Of a stretch of DNA of 64,000 bases, positions 1 through 11,754 are shown one piece after another. The notes below the pieces were generated by a model, which searched no databases, was not told the origin of the DNA, and saw only the letters and a program-made list of their open reading frames with translations. The DNA comes from Lama guanicoe (Eukaryota). Position 1 is the stretch's first letter, and the number at the start of each line of letters is the position of its first letter. A program made the translations under genes and the position numbers. The stretch is from contig MU053376.1 of assembly GCA_013239625.1 (NCBI GenBank), forward strand, positions 2,631,078-2,695,077, written 5' to 3'.

Positions 1-1200
1 GATATCACATCTAGCACAGTGGTTACAATAGGAGCTAAACCTTATGGATTTTCAGCAGTCTACTGTAATTCTCCAGAATCCCAATTTTTGTCATAGACAC
101 ACTGGTAAGCACATGGGGGTATGATGACCACTCCTGCTTCTTTAGTTCTTTAAGAGTGGCACTCATTTCTCCCTTTCTCCTACCTCTTGGTACATGATAT
201 TTTAAAGAACTTACCCGCTATGCCTCAAGGGGGAGGTTATACGTAATATCAATGGCTTCTTCTTGGCTTCGTGGATATGACAGCTCTTACCCCACAGGCC
301 AAGGGCCAAAAATGGGGGTTGTGCCAATGACCAATTTTGTCCACTCTGTCTATACTTTCAAAGGTAATGGACACGGCCACCAGATGGTGTAATAGGGAGA
401 CCATGCTGGTTCTAGGTAGCTGTGTCAAGTCAAGCTCTCTGTCCAACAGTACTTGCATTACTGTGTGGCTTTCACTGCTGCACAGTTACCTCAATAAATG
501 GACATAGGTCCTCTGGGACTGCGGCACTCAGTACTGAGCGTACTTCCCAAGGTGCTGTAGCATCTACTCCTGGAGACTGTCTTTTTCTTCAGTCAGTGAT
601 CTCCAGACCTGATGACTGGCACAGGTCCAGGCACTGAGCAAGGGATTGTAACTTCTTATTGGACCAAATGCCATCAGTCTCCTGATCATCCACCCTCAGT
701 TTCTTTTGATGGTACAGATGGGGTGGTTATCTCTTTACCCTGATGAGTGTCCCGTTCCATGAACCACCTCCATAACTCTCAGGCACCTCTAACTGTCTCT
801 CTAACTTGCCACTCATCATGATGATTATATTACTTACCTTTAAAGAGTATTAGCACCTCTCAGACTACTACTGCTAAATGTGAAAGTTGTTCTTTAATGG
901 CCTTCCTGTCATCAGCCCTGGCCTTTGATATATGTGCTCCTTTCATTGGGAAATTCCTTATGACCTTGTTAATGTATCCTCAGGCCTTCCCAGGTAACAG
1001 AATCATCTGGTGGGGTTTCTAACATGTGTATGGCTTTTCCACTCCAGAGCTCACTTTTCTGAGTCATTTAACCCCTTCTTCTACCACTTGCCATGGCAAC
1101 TCCAGCGTTTGAATCTCACTTACTGTGGGCATCTGTTTGCCCTGCCTCTAGGAGGCATCTTAGGATAGTCCTTAGAGGTATTATAGCCCATCAGGATACT
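1..1200 (-). mobile_element. Degenerate ERV-L (class III) internal gag-pro-pol fragment, antisense within an intron of the C4BPA-like gene; runs off the window start
   Basis: Minus-strand translations: gag-like 'PTVSEIQTLELPWQVVEEGVK*LRKV' (~1030-1130); protease-like 'QVLLD...GHWHNPHFWPLACGVRAV' (ORF 249-458); RT N-terminus-like 'EMSATLKEL/EAGVVI...GFWRITVDC*K...APIVTTVLDVI' (1-170). These match recalled HERV-L motifs (WPTVSELEMPDLPW; WQNPHIGSL; GSWRMTVDYRKLNQVV). Stops and frameshifts present. Confidence 0.85.
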
Positions 1201-1815
1201 ATTTTCTGTGACATTCCTGCGAATTGAATTAAATTAATTTATTTAAATTTCTCATGCACCGTTTGTGGATCCTGTCAGTGTTCCCTTTCAGAGAGATGCT
1301 CCGCACTGTGTCAAGTCTATTATTTCAACATGCAAGTCATCATTTTTAATCATTCTATCAGCTCTTTTAAAAAATATTTTAAAATGCAGTAAGTATATTT
1401 TTGGAGGGATGGATGGACAGATTTGATTGAGAGCAATGAGTCAGAGACTGGATTTATTTTGCATCCTTGCAATTTCTCCCAGATGTACCTGTCTGCATTT
1501 AGCCTGAAATCAGTGCAGTGGACCACTAGTACCCTGGGACTTCAGCCCAAATGGCTCCTGAACAGTGCAGTTTAGTGAACTTGTAGATAAAATGAAGCAA
1601 ATCCTAAGTGCTTGTCTTTCGTTGGCATTTCTACGGTTCCACAGCTTCAGGGCTACAGGAGGGCAGCACAGGTCTTGGGTTTGGCTCAGGGATCCTGTGG
1701 GCAGAGAAGACAGGGGGACAGAAGGGAGCCTCGTGTGAGCCACACAGATTCTGGGGAGTGTTACTACATGCATTCTACACCCTCACGCTCTCTCACTTTT
1801 ATGTCTCACCTCAAG

Positions 1816-1983
1816 GTTGTGATTCTCCTCCTGTCATTGCCCACGGACACTATAAATTAATCAGTGCATACTTCTTCAAAGATGATGTTGTGTATGAATG
1901 TGATGAAGGGTACACTCTGGTTGGAGCGAACAAACTCACCTGCCATGCTGCAGTCTGGTCCCCTGCAGTCCCTCAATGTAAAG
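1816..1983 (+). CDS. C4BPA: C4BPA-family gene, penultimate CCP (sushi) domain exon (CCP7-like)
   Basis: AG acceptor at 1814-1815, GT donor at 1984, 168 bp, phase 1-1. Encodes CDSPPVIAHGHYKLISAYFFKDDVVYECDEGYTLVGANKLTCHAAVWSPAVPQCK with 4 Cys and the CCP Trp; resembles human C4BPA CCP7. Symbol is family-level; this could be a paralogue. Confidence 0.93.
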
Positions 1984-2465
1984 GTAACTCCAGCTCCCTC
2001 TGCAGTGCACAGCTAAGTAGGGGGAACTTCATGAAAGGGTTCAGAGCACAGTTTCTACCTGCCAGCGATGGGAAAAGAAACATTTGACTTGACTTGATTT
2101 ATTTAAAATATTTACTATATTCAGATGGTACCTGAAACAAAAAGTTCGGAGGGCACACAGAAACATTAATCTTCCCTACTTTTTGTCTCCCAGGTGCAAA
2201 ATTCAGCCTCTTTGAGGCAGCCCCTATTCCTAGTGTCCTATATATTTCCAGAAATATTCTAGAAGTGGTCCATTTTATCTGAGTGTAACTGTGATCTGTA
2301 GCAAAATTTTCATGGAAACGTGGAATAATGTATATTATTTTTATTCTCAAAAGAGAAGGCAAAGCAATCAGCAGCACTTAAGTATAGTTTATTCTTAATA
2401 CCTTAGTCTCTCATATCCTTTTTTCTTAGATTTGCAGATTGCTTTAAATTATGTTTCCTTTCTAG

Positions 2466-2641
2466 CTCTGTGTTGGAAACCAGAGATAGAACATGGAATG
2501 TTATCTGTGGATAAGAATCGATATACTGAGCCTGAAAGTGTCAAGGTCCGGTGTGACCCCGGCTATGGTTTGGTTGGTTCCGAAAGTATCACTTGCTCAG
2601 AGAACAGAACCTGGTACCCAGAGGTGCCCAAATGTGAGTGG
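2466..2641 (+). CDS. C4BPA: C4BPA-family gene, last CCP domain exon (CCP8-like)
   Basis: ttctag acceptor, GTAAGT donor at 2642, phase 1-0. Encodes (A)LCWKPEIEHGMLSVDKNRYTEPESVKVRCDPGYGLVGSESITCSENRTWYPEVPKCEW; splices in frame with both neighbours; NRT sequon retained. Confidence 0.95.
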
Positions 2642-3170
2642 GTAAGTGGTACAATTCAAGGAGGTTTCTGAGCTATCAAACCCTAAAAAGGGTGCCTCCC
2701 CCAGAGCACGTCCTGCTTGCCAGAATTCATTTCTGAGTCTTTCAAAGGAACTCTCAATTTTGCCTTGAAGCCCTCTGGTCAGAGAAGAGTGGCAAGTCTG
2801 CTCTCACTTGACAACAGGGAAAACGGAGCCCCCTGGGAGTGGAGGGTCTCAGAGACCTGGGGTACTGACTCCTAACTTTACTTTCCTAGACTATATGATA
2901 CACTGTTGTTCCATTTCTGGATGGTCAGCAGAAATTGCCTCTGTCCCCACAGAGGCTTTCTGGGACTCTGTCTCAGAGCAGAGCTGTGTCTCTCTGAGGA
3001 AGATGATGGTGGGGCCCACGATGTTTTCTGGTTTTACTGCTCACCCACCAGTCATGCGGTGGGTCTTGGTCCTGATCCTGTAGTCCTGCCTTTGTCAGCA
3101 TGAATCCTCCGCCCCCTTCACGATTAGGAGAGAAGCCTTTTAAGCACCTCATCATCTGTTTCTCCCATAG

Positions 3171-3341
3171 GTGTACCCTGAAGGCTGTGAGCAGGTACTT
3201 GTAGCTAGGAAACTCATGCAGTGCCTCCCAAATCCAGAGGAGGTGAAATTGGCCCTGGAGGTGTATAAACTCTCCCTGGAGATTGAAATACTGAAGCTTC
3301 AGAGAGACAAGGAGAAGAAGATTCAGGAGTCATCAGTGTAA
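3171..3341 (+). CDS. C4BPA: C4BPA-family gene, terminal exon encoding the C4BP oligomerisation domain
   Basis: cccatag acceptor; VYPEGCEQVLVARKLMQCLPNPEEVKLALEVYKLSLEIEILKLQRDKEKKIQESSV then TAA (3339-3341). Both inter-chain Cys present. Not in the ORF track. Confidence 0.95.
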   Translation: MYPEGCEQVLVARKLMQCLPNPEEVKLALEVYKLSLEIEILKLQRDKEKKIQESSV

Positions 3342-3446
3342 TTCTTCCCAGAAGAGGGAGGAAAAATGTGCCTTGCTGCCTTTAATCCAATATGAATCAC
3401 TTCAGTGTATCAACTTTACCATCTCTTTGGCACTAAAATTCATTGT

Positions 3447-3452
3447 AATAAA
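3447..3452 (+). terminator. Polyadenylation signal of the C4BPA-like gene
   Basis: AATAAA ~105 nt after the stop codon. Confidence 0.8.
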
Positions 3453-4289
3453 TCTTCATATATCACAGCAATTTGTCTTCATGGTCATTTAGAACCTCAT
3501 CAAGTGAGGGTCCTAGTCAAACTTATTACATAAAGTTGACAGAATTTTTTTTTTTAGTGTAGGGACCTTGGGCATACGGACTTGGGTTCACACCAATACG
3601 TTTCCCTGGATTGCCTTTACTCCACAATTCTACACACACAAATCACTCAGTGGTCAGGATTTAGATTAAATATCAGCATACTCAAATAACCTTGTCCACT
3701 GGCCCCCATTTGTAGCAGTTGTGCCCTTTTCTAAACCTGCATGCACTTGGCCTCACTAATCCTCACCTCCTGACTTTTGCCTCCCAGGAAGCGGGTGTAT
3801 GTCTCATCTGATCTCCTTCCACCTTTAGGAACAAACTCTAAAAGCCCGATGAGTGGAAGCCCAGCCGGCAGCCCCCTGTGAGCTCCCAAGTCTTTGATCT
3901 GATTGGTTGTCATTTTCCTTAATAGTAAAGTAGAATGGCTCGAGCAACTACCCCCAAGGGAGGAAAAACCCCATATTGATCACATTTGTCTTGGGGGTAT
4001 TCTGGAGGCTTCTATTCCTTCCACTCACCACATTTTCCAGCTCTGGCATCCTCTGAAATCTCTCTCACATTCATATCTCAGATCCTTTCATTGTCTCTCT
4101 TTTGTACACAGAACTCTATGGGGAACATTGGCCTCTTTTGTTTAATGTCCCCAAAGGACTCCCATGAGGCAATGGTGTTTATCAGGCTTCCACTAAACCT
4201 TAGATACAAGAGAGGCTTGAACTGTTAGAGAAACCTACTTAACATGGAAGGTATCTATCCATGGTCTTCAAAACCATAATCCACTCCTG

Positions 4290-4700
4290 CTACTAGGAAT
4301 TCCTTTTGGCTGATGTTTACTTTAGTGTCCCTGAGTCAAAGATTTATGAGGATATAGTTTCCTTGGGAGGTGACCCCAGGAATTCACTGGGAGCCAGTGG
4401 GTAGTAAGATGGGGACGAGAGGACAGCCTCAAGAGGGAACATGATTGAAGGGACTAGTATTGCTGACAACAGGAGATCAGCTCTGCTGACTGCCCTCTGA
4501 AGGTGTGTGGAACACAACTCAGAATGTACTCTTGAGGATTAGCACCTGAGGTATTTATCCACCAACCCCTCCTCTCATTGGGACAGGCTTCTAACAGCAT
4601 TGTCTCCCAGGACTTCTGACCCACACTGTGGGCCAGCAGAGTACATTCCTGAGGACGGAGATGGTGGGGGCCAGTGGGACCATGGGATTGTCTCCAGTAC
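4290..4700. mobile_element. Old ERVL-class solo LTR (LTR16/LTR33-like)
   Basis: Contains 'ttgggaggtgaccccagga' and downstream motifs typical of ancient ERVL LTRs; boundaries approximate. Confidence 0.5.
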
Positions 4701-5773
4701 CCTCCAGGGTAGGAGTATGGGTGGAGCACAGATGTCTTCTTCTACAGTTGCCTTTCCTGTATGGCTCTGTGGACATGCTTTTCTTGCCTATTACTTTCTA
4801 TCTCTGTTTAAATGTCTCATTTCTCTTTATCAGATCCCTGCATCACTTGCTTTTAGTTGGCTCTAGCACAATTCCCTTTTCTTTCTTAGAGTTAGTTATT
4901 CAGCTTTTCCACTCCCATTGGACATTGTACCTAAGATGGTAGCTCTTGTTATCTGAATTTTGACAAATTGAGTATTTGCTAATCCTGCCTACAAAATGAC
5001 TTAAGTGAAATTTACAAATACATAAAAAATCCATATAGCAAATCTTGAGTTTCCCTTTTTGGCTTAGGGCATGAGGCTGTAGCATGAACTCCTGTGGTGC
5101 TTCAGACATTTCTCAATAGGATCACATTTCTGCTATCATTGTTTAAGTGTCTTGTGCACTTTCAGTGTCACGTCTCCATTTTATTCAATGAAAACATAAG
5201 GAATGAAAGTGGAAGAGACTGTCAAGAATGTAGGTGAGACTAAGGAGCCTAGAAAAGCCTCATCAGAAGAACTTACAAGAGGGGAGCTGGTTCTACCTGA
5301 AGCTCGTTGACTGTTGGTGGAAGAGGAAGAAAATGAACATGGGTAACTTTATGATAAATATTAAAAATAACTTTTAGAACATATAGAAGAATAATTGGCA
5401 TTGCCTTATCAGGAGGTGGGTAGATTTATCACATGAAAAAACAAAACAGAAACAGAAAATGAATTGTCAACATAGTCAGGTTAGCAGGAGCTCTATAACT
5501 GTAAGCAAAAGAAACTCAACAGGTGTTCATTTTACATCTGTGGCTTCCTGCAGTGGTTCCTTATATTCACTTCCAAGGTCTGCATTGCCCAGAGGAGAGG
5601 ATGTGGACCAGTTCCTTAGGGTTAGGTATGGACAGCTATCAGGCACTAACTGTTTCACTCACTGGCCCTCACTAATTCTCACTCACCTTCTCCCACCAGC
5701 AAGAGTGACTGTGCCTCCCCCACCCCCAACTCTTACCACTTGCCACCAACCCTCACTCAGAAAAGTCTTCAAT

Positions 5774-6993
5774 CAAACATTCTCTGATATAAATCATAGA
5801 AATGTTTTCCTAGGTCAGTCTCCCAAGGCAACAGAAATAAAAGCAGAAATAAACAAACGGGACCTAACCAAACTTACAAGCTTTTGCACAGCAAAGGAAA
5901 CCATAAACAAAACAAAAAGGTAACCTACAGATTGGACTGGGAGGAAATATTTGCAAATGATGCAACTGACAAAGACTTAGTTTCCAGAATATATAGATCA
6001 TACAGTTCATATAGTTGATGTAAAAAAACCAAACAATCCAATAAAAAAATGGACAAAAGTTCTAAATAGGCATTTCTCCAAATAAGTTCTACAGATTGCC
6101 AACAGGCATGTGAAAAGATGCTCAACATCACTAGTTATTGGAGAAATGAAAACCAAAATTACAACAAGGTATCAACTCACACTGGTCAGAATGGCCATCA
6201 TTAAAAAGTCCACAAACAATAAATGCTGGAGAGGGTGGGGAGAAAAGGGAACACTCCTACACTGTTAGTGGGAATGTAATTTGGTGCAGCCACTATGGAA
6301 AACAGTATGGATACTCCTTAAAAAACTGAAAATAAAGTTACCATATGACCTAGTAATCCCACCCTTGGGCATATATCTGGAAAATCTCTGACTCGAAAAG
6401 ATACACTCCAATATTCATAGCAGCACTATTTACCCCAATGTTCATAGCAGCACTATTTACAACAGCTAAGACATGGAAGCAACCTAAATGTCTACTGACA
6501 GATGATTGAATAAGTAGATGTGGTGCATATATACAATGGAATATTACTTAACTATAAAAAAGAATGAAGTAATGTCATTTGCAGCAATACAGATGGACCT
6601 AGAGATTATGATACTTAGTAAAGTAATTCAGACAGAGAAAGCCAAGTATCACATGATATCACTTATATGTGGAATCTAAAAATGATACAAATGAACTTAT
6701 TTACAAAATAGAAACAGACTCACAGACATAGAAAGCAAATTTATAGTTACCAACGGCAAAATGTAGGGGGAGGGATAAATTAGGAGTTTGAGATTAGCAG
6801 ATACAAACTACTATATATAAAATAGATAAGCACCAGTGTCCTACTGTATAGCACAGGGAACTGTATTCAATATCTTTTAATAACCTATAATGAAAAAGAA
6901 TACGAAAATCTGAATATAAATGAATCACTATGCTGTACAGCAGAAACTAATACAACATTGTAAATAAACTATACTTCAATAAAAAGAGAAAAA
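5774..6993 (+). mobile_element. 5'-truncated L1 (ORF2 C-terminus, 3'UTR, A-tail) with 15-bp TSD
   Basis: ORF2-like peptide FLGQSPKATEIKAEINKRDLTKLTSFCTAKETINK; TSD agaaaagtcttcaat (5759-5773) vs agaagagtcttcaat (6994-7008). Confidence 0.95.
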
Positions 6994-7289
6994 AGAAGAG
7001 TCTTCAATAATTAAATAATAATTTTAAACATTACTTTCTTGCTTATTTACTTTGTTAAGTGCTATTTGAATCAATTTTATTTCTTAAGCACTGTTCATTT
7101 ACATTAGAAAAAAATTTTTTTGAGAGCAGAATGAAAACCTGTCATATTTTGTGTTTTATACCTTTGCATTCTGCATTTGTGAGGTCATATCAGTGTTGGA
7201 TAATTAGATAACTGATGTTTTAAGAGTGTTATATGTTCTGAAATAGTAGGTGGATTGTTACATATGAGCTCAACATATTTTTATGGGTA

Positions 7290-7690
7290 TTTAAGAAATT
7301 GAGTGAGACAGAGAAGGGAAGGCAGCCAATAAGAGGTGCTTTGTCAGGTCACCTGTCTCTGTGGGTGACTGGAATCTAAACCCATGAGGGAAATTATGAG
7401 GGAAACTATGAGGGAATGTCATATACCTGAGAGTTTTCCCTCTCAGAGGGCAAGGGAGCTGGGGTACTGATACGCCATCTTCCATCACTCAAGGATATTA
7501 AGTCTGCTTCTGGGAGGTGTAAATTACTTGGTACTTTTGACCTGCTGTGCAAGCTGTCAGAGTAGTCTTCAATGGCTCAGGGAAAGCTTGGGGCAAACAG
7601 AGTAGATACTGGTTTTTGGAAATTGCGCAGAGTGTGCTGAAATAATAGGGTCCTAGTGATATTGACTGGAATTTGACAGCGACTGTTACA
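7290..7690. mobile_element. Old ERVL-class LTR fragment (LTR16/LTR33-like)
   Basis: Motifs 'ctgtgggtgactggaatcta' and 'ggggcaagggagctggggt' resemble ancient ERVL LTRs; approximate limits. Confidence 0.45.
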
Positions 7691-7699
7691 GACTTCAAC

Positions 7700-8400
7700 A
7701 GAAGTGGATGCTCTTAAATCTGTATCCTAGTTTTCCTGCCCTGTCTTTGCTTCTTGGATTCAGATCCTCCTATTTCTTGATTTATTTTCTCATTTTACTG
7801 GAGCTACCTAGGAGATGATATATAGAAAGTAAAATATTGAGCTCCTGCAAGTTTGAAACTGTCTATCTGAACACTTGATTGGTATTTCTGCTGAATTTTA
7901 AAAACTGGGTTAAAAATAATTTTCTTTTCAAACTTGTAAAGCATATCTTCTTTGTATGATAGTTTCCAATATGGTAATGGAGAAGTCAGAAGCCACTTGT
8001 ACTATTGATTGTACAGGATTTTTCTTTATCTCTATTCTTCCACAAGGAAACACATATTCTTTTATCCAGAGACATTTTGTTGGTATAGTTTCTTCAGTGA
8101 TTTTCTCTTCTTTATTTTTTTCTTTTTAATTTATGGATATCCTACCAGTCAGATTTAGGAACTTTTTTTCAATTCTATAATTTTCTAAATTTTCCTCCTA
8201 TTTCTTATACCGTCAAGTCTGACTTGCTCTTCCCCTCTGTTCTCTGAGGATATTTCCTTATATTTGTACTTTAATGATTTTATTAATTTTATAAAATGTT
8301 CCCATCATTAAAAAAGTATTCTGTTCTTTATGGATGTGCAGACTACTCAGATAACCCAGAGGATATTAATAATAGTTTCTTTGGAAATTCTATTCACTGC
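7700..8400 (-). mobile_element. Degenerate L1 ORF1-like / HAL1-like fragment
   Basis: T-rich antisense sequence resembling the reverse complement of the ORF1-like region at ~58.9-59.4 kb. Confidence 0.45.
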
Positions 8401-9444
8401 AGATATCTGTTGATGATGATTCTAGGTCTTATGTTAATTTTCAAAGGTAAGCCCAGAAGAGCTGATTTAAGTTCTATGTGCAGGAGGAGATTAGGAGGTG
8501 AGCTATTTTTTTTTCTTGTTCTGGGCCATAGAAGAGGCCATTAATTGTTTCCCAGTATGTATTTCCCATACCCGCTTTAAGTAATAGAACTACTTCTCAC
8601 CCATTTAAGTATTCACAGGGTGAATGGCTCCCCAGCAAGAGCCTCCCTTGGACCAACCTCCCCATGGGTGCAGCTTCCCAGTCACCTTTCCCATTTCCTC
8701 TTTCACTCTATGAAGGCTGAAATGCTGACAGGATGCTGGTGAGCTGGCTTCCACCATGCTGATGAGGACAACACCGTTGGAGATGTTGTAGCAACAAAGA
8801 GGAAGGGACCTGATCCCAGGATGATCTCTTTGGACAGAGCTCCTGACCATCCTGAATATGCTTCTGCCTCTGGACTGTTCCATGAAAAGACATAAACTCC
8901 TGCCTTTGTTTCAGCAGCTAATGTTATGCTAATAAATTCAGGGGCATCCCAAAATATCAGGGTTTACTGGTGTCTTCTCTGCTGCTGTCCAATTTCTTCT
9001 AAGAAGGATCCTCCAGTCTCCTGCCTGCTTCTTTATTAACTTGAATTTTTACCACGTAAAATGGGATTACAGCGTCAACATTGAGTATTTACTTTCTTTT
9101 TTGAAATAATCCTCCTATCCCTAGAAAGTAGAGCAATTGCATTCATCTCCCTGTTTTATGTGGAATGTTTTTCCTTCCTCTACTGTAAGTTCGTATTTGT
9201 ATTTTCCTTAGGGGTTCTCAGTGCGTGGTGAATATTATAACACAAATAAAGAATTAAATGAGATACTCTTTGATACTAAAGCTGTGGATCAAAAGATCAG
9301 TAAAAAACTTTTAATTTCCAATAACTTGTTCTTGTTATCTATATGTTCCTTTTAAGTATTACCCTGTTCTTTCATCATGGATTCAATATCATTTTTTCTG
9401 TCTCTGAAAATATTAATTGTAATCTCTTTATTTTCTGGGTTAAT

Positions 9445-9979
9445 TAGGAGAGCACCAGAGTCATAAAAAAGTCAAGAATAGCCAAGATAATCTTGAAGCA
9501 GAACAAAGCCGGAAGACAAATTCTGCTAGATTTTAAGAGGGATTATAAAGCTAGATAAATTAAGACAGTGGCACTGGTAGAAATAGAATCAAGCTAACTA
9601 TGTAGCTGAATAGAGAATTCAGAAATCTATATGTAATTTATATTTACCTTAATATATTTACCTTAACTGGAAAAATTTAACTCTTCAGTGTGGCGGGAAA
9701 AGATGTTTTTTTCAATGCATATTGCCTAGATTAATTGTAGGGCTATGTTGAAAAATTGTATCTTGGCTTCTACCTTACATTTACCCAAAATAAATCCAAA
9801 GTGGATTACAGATCTGCATGTGAAAGGTAAAAATAAATAAGTAATGTGTGTGGAAGAACATCTTTATGATCCTAAAGTAGGCAAACTTTTGATACACAAC
9901 AAAGTAAAAAGTTTTATAGAAAAGGTATGTTGTCCAATATCAAAACAAATATTTCTGTTTATTTAAAGACATCATTAAG
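9445..9979 (+). mobile_element. Ancient L1 (L1M-type) ORF2 fragment, left part
   Basis: ORF2-like 'aagaatagccaagataatcttgaagcagaacaaagccggaag...tataaagcta'; breaks at aaagacatcattaag and resumes at ~11755. Confidence 0.8.
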
Positions 9980-10703
9980 TTTTCCCAAAGATGAGGTACA
10001 AATGTAATCAGCACATAAAAATATTCTCAGTGTTACTAGTCTTCCCACAAATCACTTCCCACCCACTGGAATGACTATAATTTTTTTAGTGGGAAATTAC
10101 AAATGGTGGGGAGGATGTGGAGAAATTGGAACACTCATACACTGCTGGTAGGAATGTAAAGTTTGGCAGTTTCTCAAAAAGTAAGAGATCTTATAGGGTA
10201 CGGCCGTTCACTTCCGACTATGTGCCCAAGAGTGTATCTTCTAAAACATGTGTACGTGACTATTCATAGCAGCATTATTCATAAAAGCCCCAAAGTGGAA
10301 ACAATGCAACTGATGAATGGATAAACAAAATGTGGTCTATCCATAAATGGCATACTATTCAGCCATAAAAAGGAATGAAGCTCTGACATATGCTCCAACG
10401 TGGACGATCCTTGGCAATATTACACTAAAGGAAAGAAGCCAGACACAAAAGACTACATACTGCATGATTTAATTTATGTGAAATGTCCAGAACAGGCAAC
10501 TCTATAGAGACAAAAAGTAAGCTAGTAGTTCTCAGGGAGTAGAGGAGACAGGGAGTGAATAGTGATGGCTAAAGGGTATGGGGTTTCTTTTCAGGGTGAT
10601 GAAAATATTCTGGAATTACACAATGATGATGGTTGCACAACTTTATGAACTGTAAACTTTAAAATGATGAATTTTGTGAGATGTCAATTATGTCTCAAAA
10701 AAA
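9980..10703 (+). mobile_element. L1MB-like 3' end inserted into the older L1
   Basis: 'gaggatgtggagaaattggaacactcatacactgctggtaggaatgtaaa...gaatggataaacaaaatgtgg...aattatgtctcaaaaaaa' L1 3' signature. Confidence 0.85.
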
Positions 10704-10705
10704 TC

Positions 10706-11753
10706 TACTGAATTGAACTGAATTGTGTCCCCTCAAATTCGTATGTTCAAGTGTGAATTACTCTAGTACCTCAGAATTTAACTGTGTTTGGAGATAAGGT
10801 CTTTTAAAAGGTGATTAAGTTAAAGTGAGGTCTTTAGGATGAAATTCTAGTTCAAAAAGATACACGAACCCCAATGTTCATAGCAGCACTATTTACAATA
10901 GCCAAGACATGGAAATAACCCAAATGTCCATCAACAGATAGTTGGTTTAAGAAGATGTGATATATATATATACACACATGTATATCATGGAATATTACTC
11001 AGCCATAAAAAGAATGAAATACTGTCCTTTACAGCAACATGGATGGACCCAGAGATTCTCATACTGAGTAAAGTAAGTCAGACAGAGAGATACAAATATC
11101 ATATTATATCACTTATATATGGAATCTAAAAAAAGTACAAATTAATCTCTATACAAAACAGAAACAGACTCACAGACATAGAAAACAAACTTATAGTTAC
11201 CAAAGGGGAAAGTGAGTGGGGAAAAGATAAATTAGGGGTATGGAATTAACAGATACAAACTACTTTCCATAAAATAGATAAGCAAAAGGGATTTATTGCA
11301 TAACACAGGGAACAGTGTTCAATATCTTGTAATAACATATCATAGAAAATACTCTGAAAAAATATATATAACTGAATCACTTTGCTGTTCAACTGAAACT
11401 AGCACAATATTGTAAATAAAATACACTTCAGTTTAAAAAAATGAGACCTTTAGGGCAGGACCTAATTCAACATGACTGGTATCCTTATCAGAAGAGGCGA
11501 TCTGGACACACGGAGAGGTATCAGACATGTGCGTGTAGGGCGGTGACCGGGGGAGACACAGCCAGAAGGAGGCCATCCGCAGGCCACGGGGAGACCTGGG
11601 ACAGATTCTCCTTTCCAGGTCTTGTAAGAAACCAAACCTGCTACCGTTTTGATCTCAGATTTTCAGTCTCCAGAACTGCGAGAAAATGACTCTCTGTTGT
11701 CTAAGCCACCCAGTCTGTGATGCTGCGTTAGGGCGGCCCTCGCACAGCAACAC
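10706..11753 (+). mobile_element. MaLR solo LTR (MLT1A-like), split by a younger L1
   Basis: 5' 'ctgaattgtgtcccctcaaattcgtatgtt' and 3' 'taagccacccagtctgtg...aacaca' are MLT1 hallmarks. Confidence 0.85.
10839..11440 (+). mobile_element. 5'-truncated artiodactyl-type L1 inside the MLT1 LTR
   Basis: Highly similar to 6395-6980; TSD-like aagtgaggtctttagg (10823-10838) vs aaatgagacctttagg (11439-11454). Confidence 0.9.
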
Positions 11754-11754
11754 A

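Noticed and set aside
1608..2087. 159-aa ORF as a standalone gene
   Set aside because: Only 1816-1983 is coding; the rest is read-through into introns across canonical splice sites.
5459..5923. 154-aa ORF
   Set aside because: Chance fusion of unique sequence to a truncated L1 ORF2 fragment.
9200..9305. Possible CCP pseudo-exon after ttttccttag
   Set aside because: No Cys/Trp pattern and no nucleotide similarity to the real exons that I could see.
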